Of a DNA stretch of 64,000 nucleotides, positions 37,439-50,480 are shown piece after piece. The stretch's first letter is position 1; the number at the start of each line of letters is the position of its first letter. The stretch is from Somniosus microcephalus (Eukaryota). Under the pieces are notes generated by a model, which was not told where the DNA came from, made no database searches, and was given only the letters and a program-made list of their open reading frames with translations. The DNA lies in contig CM126217.1 in the NCBI GenBank assembly GCA_052327205.1, positions 77,004,001 to 77,068,000 on the forward strand, in the 5' to 3' direction. The translations under genes were made by a program, and so were the position numbers.

Positions 37439-37750
37439 ATGCGAGAGCTCAGTGAGCCAGAGAAGAATATAGCCAGGAGAGAGCTCAGTGAGCCAGAGAG
37501 GGATAAAGCCAGGAGAGAGATCAGTGAGACAATGAGGGATATGGCCAGGAGAGAGATCAGGGAGCCAGAGAGGGATAAAGCCAGGAGAGAGTTCAGTGAG
37601 ACAATGAGGGATATGGCCAGGAGAGAGATCAGGGAGCCAGAGAGGGATAAAGCCAGGAGAGAGTTCAGTGAGCCAGAGAGGGATAATTGCCAGGAGAGAG
37701 ATCAGGGAGCCAGAGAGGGATAATTGCCAGGAGAGAGCTCAGGGAGCCAA
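37439..37750. repeat. 30-bp-period minisatellite, about 10 copies
   Basis: GCCAGGAGAGAG(A/T/C)TCAG(G/T)GAGCCAGAGAGGGATA units. Confidence 0.85.
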
Positions 37751-38626
37751 TCAAAGTGGGAAAAGGTTAGAAGAGAAATGGTAAGAGACATGGGTTGGAT
37801 GCAGACAAGAGAAAGATTCGTGACCCAGGACAGGGCAGGATCCCGCTGACTGAGCGAACAGTAAGTCAAAGGATGTGGGATAAAATGAGGTGAGAGGCCA
37901 GTGAGCCAGAATAAGGTGAGATGCAGGGACGGGAAACATCAAAAAGCATGAGCTCAAGATTACTATCAGAAATCTAGCACAGAGGTGGAAGGAGCCAAAA
38001 ATAGGGATCAGATAACTGAAAGAGTGGGACAGACAGCCGAATTCGATTAGACAACTGCTACAGAGCAAGCTATAGCTAGTAGCTAGATCAAAGAATTGGG
38101 GCAGAATGATAGATTATAGAGCTGTGGTAGAATGAGAATGCGTCAGAAGAAGGATCATAGAACTGGGAACGAAATCAAAGAAAGACCTGGGACAGAAAGA
38201 AACATGCCAGGAGAGAGATCAGTGGGACAGAATGAAATACAGCTGGGTGATGGAGGGGACACAGCCATGGTAGACAAAACAGACATTCACTGAATTGATA
38301 TTTTGTCTCTTTTTGCAAATGTCCCAGAGAACAACAAATAAATACCACATGTACAGTTATCAATCATTGGGCAACAACTATTTCATATTTTTCAAATAGT
38401 ATTTCAAACTTCTTGGAACAAACAAGCCAAGTCAGTGATATTACTAAAATAAAAAGAACACACATCTTAGCATTTCTGATATTCTAAAAACGTGGTTCTT
38501 TCCCTTCTATGTCCACAGTTTTATTCTGTTACATTTGTGTATTATTTGTTGAAACATGAATGAAATGCTGGCATTTATCTCAACGGGCTGGAATACAAAG
38601 GGGTGGAAGATATGTTACTGTTATAT

Positions 38627-38995
38627 TGTAGGAATTGACGAATTCCTAACTAATAACTGAGGTCGACTCAGGAGATCAATCAAACAGGTCTTTAATGTAA
38701 AACTAAACGAGTTCAAACAGTTTGATGAGATCGATACAGGAGAACCACGAAAACAGGTCTTAACAAGATGGAGATTCCACGAGGACTGCTAGGGCAGTCA
38801 CGTGGTTTGCGACGTGACGTCATCGCGTTTGCCTGCATTTTCCCGCGCTCTTAAAGGGGCCACACTCCATGCATACAAACACGATATACAAAACAAAGTA
38901 ATGTCTAACACAATGGTACAGGCTTAGGTTGGTGTTAGACATCGTTAAAGGGAATTATGTACAGTTGCCCAGAGTCATTCAGTGGCTCCGCCACA
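38627..38995 (-). repeat. 3' LTR
   Basis: Direct repeat of 45679-46047. Confidence 0.95.
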
Positions 38996-39017
38996 TGCGC
39001 CCCCCCCAGAATTCGCT

Positions 39018-42000
39018 TTAACAGACAAAGTCAAACGGCGAGGGGGTCTGATGAGCCTGTCGGAACGACTCCTGTACACCTGAGGTGGAGGCTGCTGGGC
39101 GGCTGGCGGGCGGTTGCGCTTGGGCTGCCGGAACGGTGATGGGTGGCCGACCTCGTCTTGGCGGTTGTGCTGGCTCGATGGGGCGGTTGAGGTCCAGATG
39201 TGCTGGCTTTAACCGATCAACTGAAATGTGATCCGGCTTACCAACGACATCTACCTTGAAGGTTTTGTCCCCTGCCTCCAACAAGCGGAAGGGACCAGTA
39301 TACGGGGCCTTGAGTGGATCCCTGTGAGCATCGTGGCGAATAAAGACATATTCTGCCGTGTGAAGCTCCGTTGGAACATGTGAACTCTGCAGCCCGTGGT
39401 GCGAAGTGGGCACCGGCGCGAAACATCTGGCCACCTCCTGGTGACTAGTAAGCTGGGCAGACGCGGACCAAGGTTTCGTCGATTCTGGTAGGAAATCCCC
39501 TGGGACTTGCAACAGTTGCCCATACACCAACTCCGCGGATGAAAAGTGAAGGTCTTCTTTGGGGGCCGTGCGAAGGCCCAACAGGACCCACGATAGCTTG
39601 TCCGCCCAACCAGCGTCCTGGAGGCTGGCCCTCAGGGTGGCTTTCAGTGAGCGGCGGAAACATTCACAGAGACCATTTGCCTGTGGGTGGTAGGCTGTGG
39701 TGCAGTGTAAATTGACACCGAGTCCTTGGGCCACTGCATTCCAGAGTTCGGAAGAAAACTGCGGTCCCCTGTCTGAAGAAATATCAGTGGGCACTCCGAA
39801 ACGGGCGACCCAGGTGGAAATGAATGCCCTGGCCACTTCCGCCGAAGTAGTGGATGATATGGGAACCGCCTCCGGCCATCTGGTGGTGCGGTCAACCATG
39901 GTCAGGATGTGTGAAAAACCATGGGAGGGTGGGAGTGGACTCACCAGGTCCACATTGACATGGTCAAATCGCCGCTCCGGCACTGTGAAGGTGGCCAACG
40001 GAGCTTTGATGTGACGCTGTACTTTGGCCTTTTGGCAGACCACGCAGGTGTTGATCCAGTCGCGGACATCCTTGTGCACGCTGTGCCATACGAACTTCAC
40101 TGACATCAGCTTCAGGGAGGCATTCATTCCTGGGTGTGACAAACCATGTATGGCGTCAAACACTTTGCGGTGCCAGATGGCCAGTACGACAGGGCGAGGG
40201 TCCCGAATGGAGACGTCACACAAGAGCGTGGAACCTGCCGCATGGAACTTGACGTCGGCCAACTGGAGGCCAGTGACGGTGGTTCTGTAGGCTTGGACTT
40301 CTGGGTCCGAGGCTTGATCCGCTGCCATGAGGGCGTAATCGATGCCTAAATGAACCGTATGGACGGTCGCGCGGGAGAGGCAGTCGGCCACCAGGTTGTC
40401 CTTACCGGCCACGTGCTGTATAACCGTGGTGAACTCGGATATGTAGGTCAGGTGATGTTGCTGTCGGGATGACCATGGTTCGGCGGTCTTCGCCATGGCG
40501 AAGGTGAGCAGCTTATGGTCCACGAAGGCGGTGAAGGGACATCCTTCTAGGAGGAATCAAAAATGGCGGATGGCCAGAAAAAGAGCGAGCAACTCCCGGT
40601 TGAACGTGCTATACGTTCTCTCGTTCCGCCGTAGTTGACGGCTGAAGAATGCCAACGGCTGCCAGGTCCCGTTCACCCACTGCTCTTGCACGGCGCCGAT
40701 TGCGTAGTCTGACGCGTCGGTGGTGAGGGCGATGGCGGCTCCTGGCACCGGGTGCGCCAGCATAGTCGCATTGGCCAAGGCTCTTTTTGTGTCAGCGAAT
40801 GCCCGGGCCATGTCCTCCGTCCAGTCTACCATATCATAGAAACATAGAAGATAGGAGCAGGAGTAGGCCATTCGGCCCTTCGAGCCTGCTCCGCCATTCA
40901 ATGAGATCATGGCTGATCATCCAAATTCAGTACCCTGTCCCTGCCTTCTCCCCATATCCCTTGATCCCTTTAGCCTCAAGAAATATATCCAACTCTTTCT
41001 TGAATATATTTAATGAACTGGCCTCCACCGCCCTCTGTGGCAGAGAATTCCACAGGTTCACCACTCTCTGGGTGAAGAAGTTCCTCCTCATTTCAGTCCT
41101 AAATGGCTTACCCCTTATCCTTAGACTATGACCCCTGGTTCTGGACTCCCCGGCCATCATAAACATCCTTCCTGCATCTAGTCTGTCCAGACCTGACAGA
41201 ATTTTATAGGTTTCGATGAGATCCCCTCTCAATCTTCTAAACTCCAGTGAGTATAAGCCCAATCGACACAATCTCTCCTCATACGTCATTCCTGCCATCC
41301 CAGGTATCAGCCTGGTGAATCTTCGCTGCACTCCCTCCATGGCAAGAACGTCCTTCCTCAGGTAAGGTGACCAAAACTGCACACAATACTCAAGGTGCGG
41401 TCTCACCAAGGCCCTGTACAACTGTAGCAAGACATCCTTGTTCCTGTACTCGAACCCTCTTGCTACGAAGGCCAACATACCATTTGCCTCCTTAACCGCC
41501 TGCTACACCTGCATGCTTACCTTCAGCGACTGGTGCACAATAACACCCAGGTCACTTTGCACTTCCCCTTCTCCCAATCTATTGCCATTCAAATAATAAT
41601 CTGCCTTTCTGTTTTTGCCACCAAAGTGGATAACCTCACATTTATCCACATTATAGTGCATTTGCCATGTTTCTGCCCAATCACCCAACCTGTCCAAATC
41701 GTACTGGAGTTTCACGACATCCTCCTCACAGCTTACCCTCCCACCCAGCTTTGTGTCATCTGCAAATTTGGAGATATTACATCCAATTCCCTCGTCCAGA
41801 TAATTAATATATATTGTGAACAGCTGGGGTCCTAGGACCGATCCTTGCGGTACCCCACTAGTCACTGCCTGCCACTCGGAAAATGACCCGTTTATTCCAA
41901 CTCTTTGCTTTCTGTCCGCCAACCAGTTCTCTATCCAAGTCAATACCTTGCCCCCAATTCCATGTGCCTTAATTTTACATGCTAATCTCTTATGTGGGAC

Positions 42001-45000
42001 CTTATCGAAAGCCTTCTGAAAGTCCAAATACACCACATCCACTGGTTCTCCCTTATCTATTTTACCAGTTACATCCTCAAAAAATTCCAGTAGATTAGTC
42101 AAGCATGATTTACCTTTTGTAAATCCATGTTGACTTTGTCCGATCCTGTCACTGCTTTCCAAGTGCTCTGCTATTACACCTTTTATAATAGACTCCAGCA
42201 TTTTCCCCACTACCGATGTCAGGCTTACCGGTCTATAATTCCCCACTTTTTCTCTACCACCTTTTTTCAATAGTGGGGTAACATTAGCTACCCTCCAATC
42301 CATGGGTACCGTTCCAGAGTATATCGAGTTCTGGAAGATGACCAGCAATGCATCTACTATCTCTAGGGCCACTTCCTTAAGTACCCTGGGATGTAGACCA
42401 TCAGGCCCTGGGGATTTATCGGCCTTCAGTCCCATCAATTTTCCCAACACCATTTCCCTACAAATACTGATTTCTTTCAGTTCCTCCCTTTCATCAGACC
42501 CTATGTTCCCCGACATCTCTGGGAGTTTATTTGTGTCCTCCTTTGTGAAGACAGAACCAAAGTATGTTTTAGTTGGTCTGCCATTTCCTTGTTCCCCATT
42601 ATAAATTCCCCTGATTCTGACTGTAAGGGACCTACGCTTGACTTCACCAATCTTTTTCTCTTCACATATCTATAAAAGCTTTTACAGTCAGTTTTTATGT
42701 TCCCTGATAGCTTACTCTCGTATTCTATTTTCCCTTTCTTAATTAATCCCTTTGTCCTCCTTTGTTGACTCCTAAACTGCTCCCAATCCTCAGGATTATT
42801 GCTTTTTCTAGCCAATTTATATGTCCTCTCCTTGGACCTTATGCTATCCCTAATTTCCCTTGTTAGCCACGGTTGAGTCACCTTTTTTGTTTTATTTTTA
42901 TGCCAAACTGGGATGAACAAATTCTGTAGCTCATCCATTCGGTCTTTGAATGTTTTCCATTGCCTATCCACTGTCAACCCTTTGAGTGCCATTCCCCAAT
43001 CAATCCTACCCAACTTGCTCCTCAGACCATCGTAGTTTCCTTTATTTAAATTGAGGACCCTTGTCTCTGAGTCAACTACTTCATTCTCCATCTTAATGAA
43101 GAATTCGATCATATTATGATCGCTCCAACCCAAGGGGCCTCGTACAACAAGATTGCTAATTAATCCTTTCTCGTTACATAATACCCAGTCTAAGATGGCC
43201 TGATCTCTGGTTGGTTCCTCGACATATTGGTCCAGGAAACCATCCCGTAAACACTCCAGGAATTCTTCCTCCACAGTATTGTTACTAATTTGGTTGGCCC
43301 AATCTATATGTAGATTGAAGTCACCCATGATGACTGCTGTGCCCTTATTGCACGCTTCTTTAATTTCCCTTTTAATGCCATCCCCAACCTCCGCCTTACT
43401 GTTTGGAGGTCTATATACCACTCCCACTAATGTTTTTTTCCCCTTAGTATTTCTCAATTCTACCCATACAGATTCCACGTCATCAGAGCTAATATCCTTC
43501 ATTACAATTGTATTAATCCCTTCTTTAACCAGTAATGCTACCCCACCTCCCTTTCCTTTTTGCCTATCTTTCCTGAATATTGAATACCCCTGGATGTTGA
43601 GTTCCCAGTCTTGGCCATCCTTGAGCCACGTTTCCGTAATCCCAACCAAATCATATCTGTGCCAGTCTTGCCCTTGAGGGCCTCGTACAGGGGCTGCATG
43701 AGTAGTGCTGCCTTAGGCACGAAACGGTGGTAAAAGTTTACCATGCCTAGGAATTCCTGCAGGGCCTTAATCGTTTGCGGGCGTGGAAAGGATGTCACCG
43801 CCTCTACCTTCGCTTGTAAAGGAACCGCTCCCTCTGAAGTGATGCAATGCTCCAGGAAATCAATTTGTTGCAGGCCAAACTGACACTTGGCCGGGTTGAT
43901 AATCAGGCCGTGTTGGCTGAGATGCTGAAAAAGGGTGCGTAGGTGACAGATGTGTTCTTCTTTGGTGGGACTGGCAATGAGAATGTCATCCAGAGAGACG
44001 AAGAGGAACTTGAGGTCCCGCAGCACGGAGTCTATCAGGCGTTGGAAAGCCAAAGCGGCGTTCTTTAAGCCAAACGGCATTCTTAAGAACTCGAAAAGGC
44101 CGAATGGGGTGATGACTGCGGCCTTCTGAACGTCTTGGGGATGAACGGGACCTGGTGGTAGCCCCGGACGAGGTCGACTTTCGAGAAGACAGTGTTCCCT
44201 GCCAAATGGGCGGAGAAATCCTGGATGTGGGGGATCGGGTACCGATCAGGAGTGGTGGCGTCGCTTAGGCGTCGATAGTCGCCGCATGGCCGCCATCCGC
44301 CGCCAGGCTTCGGGACGATGTGGAGGGGTGAAGACCAGGGACTATTCGACCGGCGAATAATCCTTAACCATTCCATGGTCGCGAACTCCGCTTTTGCGAC
44401 TGCCAGCTTGCCAGGTTCCAGGCACCGAGCCAGCGCGTAGACCGGGGGGCCGTTGGTGGTGATGTGGTGTTCCACACCATGTTTCGTGGTTGTGGAGGAG
44501 AACGTGGGTCTTGTCAGGTCGGAGAATTCGCCGAGCAGGCGAACGAACTCATCCGGAGCCGGGAAAGCACAGGTGACGGTGCGCGACGTAGTGTTACTGC
44601 GGTAACAAGGGATAGAATGAAAAGTAGCTGCGTTGATCAACCGCTGGTTCCTCACGTCAACCAGGAGGCCATTGGCGCACAGGAAATCCGTGCCGAGAAT
44701 GGGTTGCGAAACCTTGGCCGTCACAAACTCCCAGTGGAAACGTTGGCCTCCGAAACACAACTGCACCCGTTGTCTGCCGAAGGTCTAAATGGCTTTGCCA
44801 TTGGCCGCTTCAAGGGCGAGGTCATGAATCCCGGTCTGTACATCGAGGGCGGACGCGGGTAATATGCTGCACTGCGCCCCGGTGTCGCACAGAAAATGAC
44901 GACCGGAGAGAGTATCGGTGATAAACAGCAACTTGCCCGCGTTGTCGATCGCCATCACGGCCGCGGGGCGCCTGTTAGACCCGTTCCTCGGTGGTCGTAG

Positions 45001-45630
45001 CTGTTTTTGTTTCTGGGGGAAACTGCAGGGAGGGTGGCAACATCTCGCTTTCGCGCCGAACTGCGCGTGGTAGGAACACATCCCAGCAGGCTGACGAGCT
45101 GGGGCAGCGTCTGTGGGGGATGGGTGCCTCGTGGCGGCGCAGTGTTGCTGAGTAACCGCAAAAATTTTATCCGCCTCTGCCGCGAGTGCTGCGCAGTCCT
45201 CAACTTCGGATCTGGCCAGGGCGGCTTGCACCTGTTCCGGTAGCTGGCTGAGGAATAATTCCCAGAATAGGAAGCATTCCGGTTCGGAGCCAAGGAGAGC
45301 GAGCATTTGGCTCATTAACTCCGAAGGCTTGGAGTCCTCGAGCCCGGGCATAACGAGCAGTCGACGGGCGCGCTCTGATTTAATGAGCCCGAAAACTTGC
45401 AGCAATTGCGCCTTGAGGGTTTCATACTTGAGCTCTGTTGGAGGGTTCTTGAGGAGGCTGACGATCCGTGAGGCGGTAGAGCCATCGAGAGCAGAGACCA
45501 CATAGAAATATCTGGTCTGATCCGCAATGATGTCCCTCAGGGCGAATTGAGCCTCGACCTGAATGAACCACGAGGTTGCTTGCTGCTCCCAGAACTGTGG
45601 TAGCTTCAGCGAAACAGCGTTGGCCTCAAT
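39018..45630 (-). pseudogene. Disrupted gag-pol
   Basis: Gag (KLPQFW...WFIQVEAQF), CDTGA protease, RT (GDYRRL, MPFGLKNA, SLDD), RNase H (TTDASD), integrase (39018-40523), with several stops. Confidence 0.93.
40836..43651 (-). mobile_element. CR1 LINE, near-complete ORF2 (APE and RT), 5'-truncated
   Basis: GITETWL, MGDFN and SDH APE motifs and an FADD RT; one frameshift and one stop; flanked by a CATATC duplication. Confidence 0.95.
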
Positions 45631-45666
45631 GCTGTGTCCTTTTTGCGAAAAACGTTCACAAAAAAA

Positions 45667-45677
45667 CGGGGTCACCA
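45667..45677 (-). promoter_or_regulatory. Primer-binding site, tRNA-Trp
   Basis: TGGTGACCCCG, complementary to the 3' end of tRNA-Trp. Confidence 0.8.
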
Positions 45678-45678
45678 A

Positions 45679-46047
45679 TGTAGGAATTGACGAATTCCTA
45701 ACTAATAACTGAGGTCGACTCAGGAGATCAATCAAACAGGTCTTTAATGTAAAACTAAACAAGTTCAAACAGTTTGATGAGATCGATACAGGAGAACCAC
45801 GAAAACAGGTCTTAACAAGATGGAGATTCCACGAGGACTGCTAGGGCAGTCACGTGGTTTGCGACATGACGTCATCGCGTTTGCCCGCATTTTCCCGCAC
45901 TCTTAAAGGGGCCACGCCCCGTGCATACAAACACTATATACAAAACAAAGTAATGTCTAACACAATGGTACAGGCTTAGGTTGGTGTTAGACATCGTTAA
46001 AGGGACTTATGTACAGTTGCCCAGAATCATTCAGTGGCTCCGCCACA
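45679..46047 (-). repeat. 5' LTR
   Basis: Direct repeat of 38627-38995. Confidence 0.95.
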
Positions 46048-47239
46048 ATATAAAGCTCTGGTTAGACCCCATCTGGAGCACTGTGTTCAGTTCAGGGCAC
46101 CGCACCTCAGGAATAATATATTGGTCTTGGAGGGGGTGCAGCTCAGATTCACCAGAATGATACCAGGGCTAGAAGAGTTAAATTATGAGCACAGGTTGCA
46201 TAGACTAGCATTGCATTTCCTTAAATATAGATGATTAAGGGGTGATCTAATTGAGGTGTTTAAGATGATTAAACAGTTGATAGGGTAGATAGAGAGAAAC
46301 TATTTCCTCAGGTAGGAGATTCCAGAACAAAGGGGCATAACCTTAAAATTAGAGTCAGGCTGTTCAGGGGTGATGTTGGGGAGCACTTCTTCACACAAAG
46401 GGTAATGTCGAATTCTCTCCCCCAAAAAGCTATTGAGGCTTGGTTAATTGAAAATGTCAAAACTGAGATTGATAGATTTAGGCAAGGGTATTAAGGGTTG
46501 CAGAACCAAGGCAGGTAGATGGGGTTAAGATACAGATCAGGCAAGATCTAATTGAATGGCAGAACAGGCTGGAGGGCCTACTCCTGTTCCTATGATCCTG
46601 TGTTCCTATGTTCCTAACTCTGTGTTAATTTGTCATTAGCATTTTATTAGAACGGTTCTTTACATGTTTTTATGTAAATTTAGAGTTCACGGGTTAGAAT
46701 TCTCTCTTGGCAGGTGGAAAAATCATGCTGTCAATCTGAAATCTTATCAACAAATGTTAGCATACACTCCTTGAAACAAGGCATTGGCAGAAACTTGCAA
46801 CTGCAGCACATGCAAGTCAAATGATGCAAACAAATGGCCCAAATGTTTCAGAAAAGAGCTACTTGACCTTAGCAAACAAATCTAATGTTTCCTTTGACCG
46901 TTTGCCGTAGAAACTGGTAAGTTAAATAAACAAGATGAGAGACAATTACACAAAGGCAGGGCGAGACCTGGATCTAGTAAAAAAAAGTGAAACTTCAATT
47001 TTGAGTCCAAGAAACATGTTTACTGGGTCTGGACACATCATGGTGCTCCACTGTTCAGAATTATCAGTTTTGACTGGGAGACAAATCAAAGCTGTTAAAT
47101 ATTTTGCCATGTCATTTTTAACCAACAATCTAGACAAGAAACTGGAAGGGAATAAACATTAAAAAAAAACACTGATCATTGTGGAAGGAAAATAAGTTCA
47201 AGAGTATATAGGAGGTGGAAGAGCCTCCCATCAGAATGA

Positions 47240-47497
47240 AAAATCACTCAGAGGGTGGTGAACCTGGAACCTGTGGAATTCTCTACCACAGAATGCTGTG
47301 GAGGCCAAGTCACTGAATATATTTAAGAAGGAGATGGATAGATTTCTAGACACAAAATGCGTCAAGGGGTATGGGGAGAGAGCGGGAATATGGTGGTGAG
47401 ATAGAGGATCAGCCATGATCATATTGAATGGCGGAGCAGGCTCGAAGGGCCGAATGGCCTACTCATGCTCCTATTTTTCTATGTTTCTATGTTTCTA
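47240..47497 (+). pseudogene. Short CR1 3' end
   Basis: CAGAGGGTGGTGAACCTG...GAATGGCCTACTC..(CTATGTTT)n. Confidence 0.85.
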
Positions 47498-49086
47498 AAT
47501 CCTATGGCTCTGAGGTTTCTGGCACTTGAATTTAAAGGTGTATGCACTTTAAAATTGTGACTAATTTATGCATTGAAGTACTTAACTTGCCAAGTATCTT
47601 TATGAAACCACATCACTCTAAAGCAGCATTAACCCTTGTTTGTCCAGAGTGATAAGTTGACTTTTGTATTCCATACAGAAGATAATGGCCTTTAATTTGC
47701 TATCAGAGGCGAACCTCCGAAGTAGGCCCTACTTTTACCAGCCGTAAGAGTATCGTGGGCATCAGTTGGGCAAATAGCCCAACTCTGCACCAGTGAAAGT
47801 GATTTCTCAGTCGTTTCGGATGACCTGTCAAGGCGTACCTTGATAGAATGCAAGTTTTGGGTTTTCACTCATGTGCAGCGTATGCGGAAACCCGGAACTT
47901 GCGGGGCCTTTCAGAAGGCTTCCGATGGCGTACGCTGAGCCTACGCCATCATCAGGATCGCAAATTCCGGGCCATTAGAGACAATACCAGAACTTTTTGT
48001 AGTATCACAACCGCCACCCCCCCCAACCCCACCCCCAACACAGGCACCAACAAGGAACACAACTGTTTTGGATGAGTTGAAGTTGAGAAGCAGATTGCTT
48101 TTGGTAGAAGACATCACACAGCAACCAGCCAGTGGATGGGGGTGGAAAGGAAATAATCAGCACTGAAAAACACAATAAGCAATACAAGTATCACATCATG
48201 AAACAACCTGAAGGAGAAAAAAAACACTTCAGTCACCATGGTAATAAGGAGTTCGTCAAGAATTTTGTGGAGACTTCAAGAGGCTAAAGGAGGCAGAAAT
48301 TAGGCAGAGTTTTGAAAAAGGGTTTCGACCCAAAACGTTGACTCTAATTTCTCTCCACGGATGTTGCCTGATCTGCTGAGCTTTTCCAGCATTTTCTGTT
48401 GTTATTTTGAGGCAGAAATTATGTTCTACTATCCAGACCGTCTCCACTCAGAATATACTGGTGTTTTAGACTTAGGATTCTCGATTGGGAGGAGGTGCAT
48501 CACTGGTGGCGAGGGACCTCTGCCTGCTATGGGGATACCTCCTAACCCTGGATGATTTTCTGGCCTTGAGATCATTTGCATGCTGGAGGCAGGCACTGTT
48601 GGACAGTCACGCTGAACTGGGGACAGAAGCCTGCTCTAGTAGGCCTTGGAGGCCTGCCATAGAGGGAGAAAAAGACGGCCTCAGAGCTACCTAAAAGATT
48701 GGCACTTTTTAAATCCTAAAATATTTTAAAGCTGCTTCTGCGACCCATGCTCTGAGAGTGATTCCACATGCTTATTTGAGTAAAAACATCTAAGGCCCCC
48801 TCTGCTGAACTCTAAATGCTGGATGCCAGGATTTATTAGGTGCTCTGCTATCCAGCATTCAAATAGGTCAAATAGCAAGAAATTCAGCATTATTATAATG
48901 TGATTTGCATGCCTCTGCCCCCACGTAGGAAGGCACTTTTTATGTCCCTGGGTTAGCCCTTTGAAAAAGGAGGGAGAGGAGGGCCACAGTGAAGTTCGTC
49001 CCTGAGCGCATTTCCAGCCCTGTCCACCCTATATCTACTGGAAACCAACAGGAGAGGGCTGGAAAGCCAAGTCGATAACATCCTAT

Positions 49087-49777
49087 GGCCTAGAAATTCA
49101 CTGGCCTTAGCGCCACTTTTGAGGCGCTAGAGGGCCTAGCGCCGAAGTTATGGCCAGTTTAGAAATTGACAGGGGCCCTAAATCGGCGTTAGGCCGGTAG
49201 CGCTGCACCGGCACCGATGACGTCATCGGTGTGCGCAGCGTCCCGGTTGCCATGGTAACCCGCCCGAACTCGGAAATTGAGTTGCGGCCGCCTCGCCCGT
49301 GGCAGCCGCAAGCAACGTTCTGGCAGAGGTGCCTTCCAGAACTTTGCGCCGGCGCATTAAAGGCCCCGCGGCGGCCGGCCGCTTTCCCGCCGGCCGCCTG
49401 GCCGCAGCTCCCTCCCCGGACTTCCCCCCCGCCCCCCCCCCCCCGGAACAGAAGCAAGCCCGGCACTTGTCCGAGGTGCCGGGCTCATTTTTAAAAAGAT
49501 TATCGCGGGCCGCGGCCGGGTGCAGGCAGCTCCTCCTTAACGGAAGGAGGAGGCCTGCACTTCCCGAGCCTGCCGCACCGCAGCGGGCGCCGCAGCGCCG
49601 GAATAGCGCCGCAATGCGGCGCGTGGCGCCAGTTTTGAGGCGCTGAGACCCCTCAGTAGCGCCAGCAGCCGTTTGGGCGCGGCGCTACTGAATTTTTGGC
49701 GCGCGCAGGGGGACTTAGCGCCGGCACTAACTTCCGGCGCTAAAGCCCTCGCTGCGCCAAAACCGAATTTCTAGGCC
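49087..49777. mobile_element. Harbinger-type MITE family A copy
   Basis: TIR GGCCTAGAAATTC/GAATTTCTAGGCC and colinear with 3159-3811. The TSD is not matched. Confidence 0.88.
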
Positions 49778-49917
49778 CCAACCTTTAATCCATTCTTGAG
49801 CAGCTCTCTGACCACGCCAGTCGGCACTGAGCTATTGCCATTTGCAGGAGGACCTCAATCCAGAAAGCAAACTAATTACCTTGCATAAAATAAAAAATGT
49901 TCCTTTGTCCACCCATT

Positions 49918-50084
49918 GGGGGTAACTTTTATTTTGCGCCAGGATGTGAAACGAGTGATAGTGAATTTGAAGCCCGTTTACATCTTAATGAAGTCAATGG
50001 AAATAAAAATTAAGAGAGAGGTAAAATGGACTGCTGATTCGCTATCATCTGTTTTACACTATCGCACAAAGTCAAAATTACCCC
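49918..50084. mobile_element. Small TIR element (Harbinger-type MITE)
   Basis: GGGGGTAACTTT...AAAATTACCCC ends, ATT on both sides. Confidence 0.55.
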
Positions 50085-50480
50085 ATTGTCTTTTCTTCAT
50101 AATTGTAAATATAAAAATTACATTTTGGGCTAGATTTTCAGTATAGGCAGTTTTGGGGCGCTAACCTTAGTGCCCGCCCGAAGTTAGCACCCGCCCCAAA
50201 GTAGCGCCCCGTTGCCGGAAATTCAGTGGCTTCGCCCTAAGAGGTTGGTGGAGCGCTAAAAGAGGCATTCCACTACTATCTTTAGGCGCTAAGCCGGCGG
50301 TCCAGAGGGATAGCGCCCAGGCGGGGCGCAGCGCGGGTGCGGTCATTTTTGGACTGACAGCAGACCCCGTGGCGCCGACCAGATCTTAAAGGGGGAAGGG
50401 ACGAATTGGTCTGCTGCCACGCCCTGCACACTGCAGCCTTGCAAAGAGGCCTCAACACTGCTGCTCAGCCCCAGGGAGTC

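Larger units (their letters stand above)
38627..46047 (-). mobile_element. Full-length decayed Ty3/Gypsy LTR retrotransposon with a nested CR1
   Basis: 369-bp LTRs with about 10 differences, TSD ATAT, PBS TGGTGACCCCG, and a G-run PPT at ~38996-39008. Confidence 0.95.
38560..46615 (+). pseudogene. CR1 3' fragment (38560-38626 plus 46048-46615) split by a Gypsy insertion
   Basis: ATGTTACTGTTATAT|AAAGCTCTGGTTAGACCC rejoins as MLLLYKALVRPHLE. Confidence 0.85.

Noticed and set aside
37421-37723. 100-aa repetitive ORF (ARREISEPERD)n
   Set aside because: It is the translation of a 30-bp minisatellite with no gene context.
46714-46916. AG...GTAAGT-bounded candidate exon on the plus strand (similar case at 59721-59782 on the minus strand)
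   Set aside because: All three frames contain stops.
47687-47973. Further possible small TIR elements (also ~3870-4180, ~6140-6716, ~59964-60733 and from ~63934)
   Set aside because: Ends are too degenerate or unpaired to set boundaries or a TSD reliably by eye.
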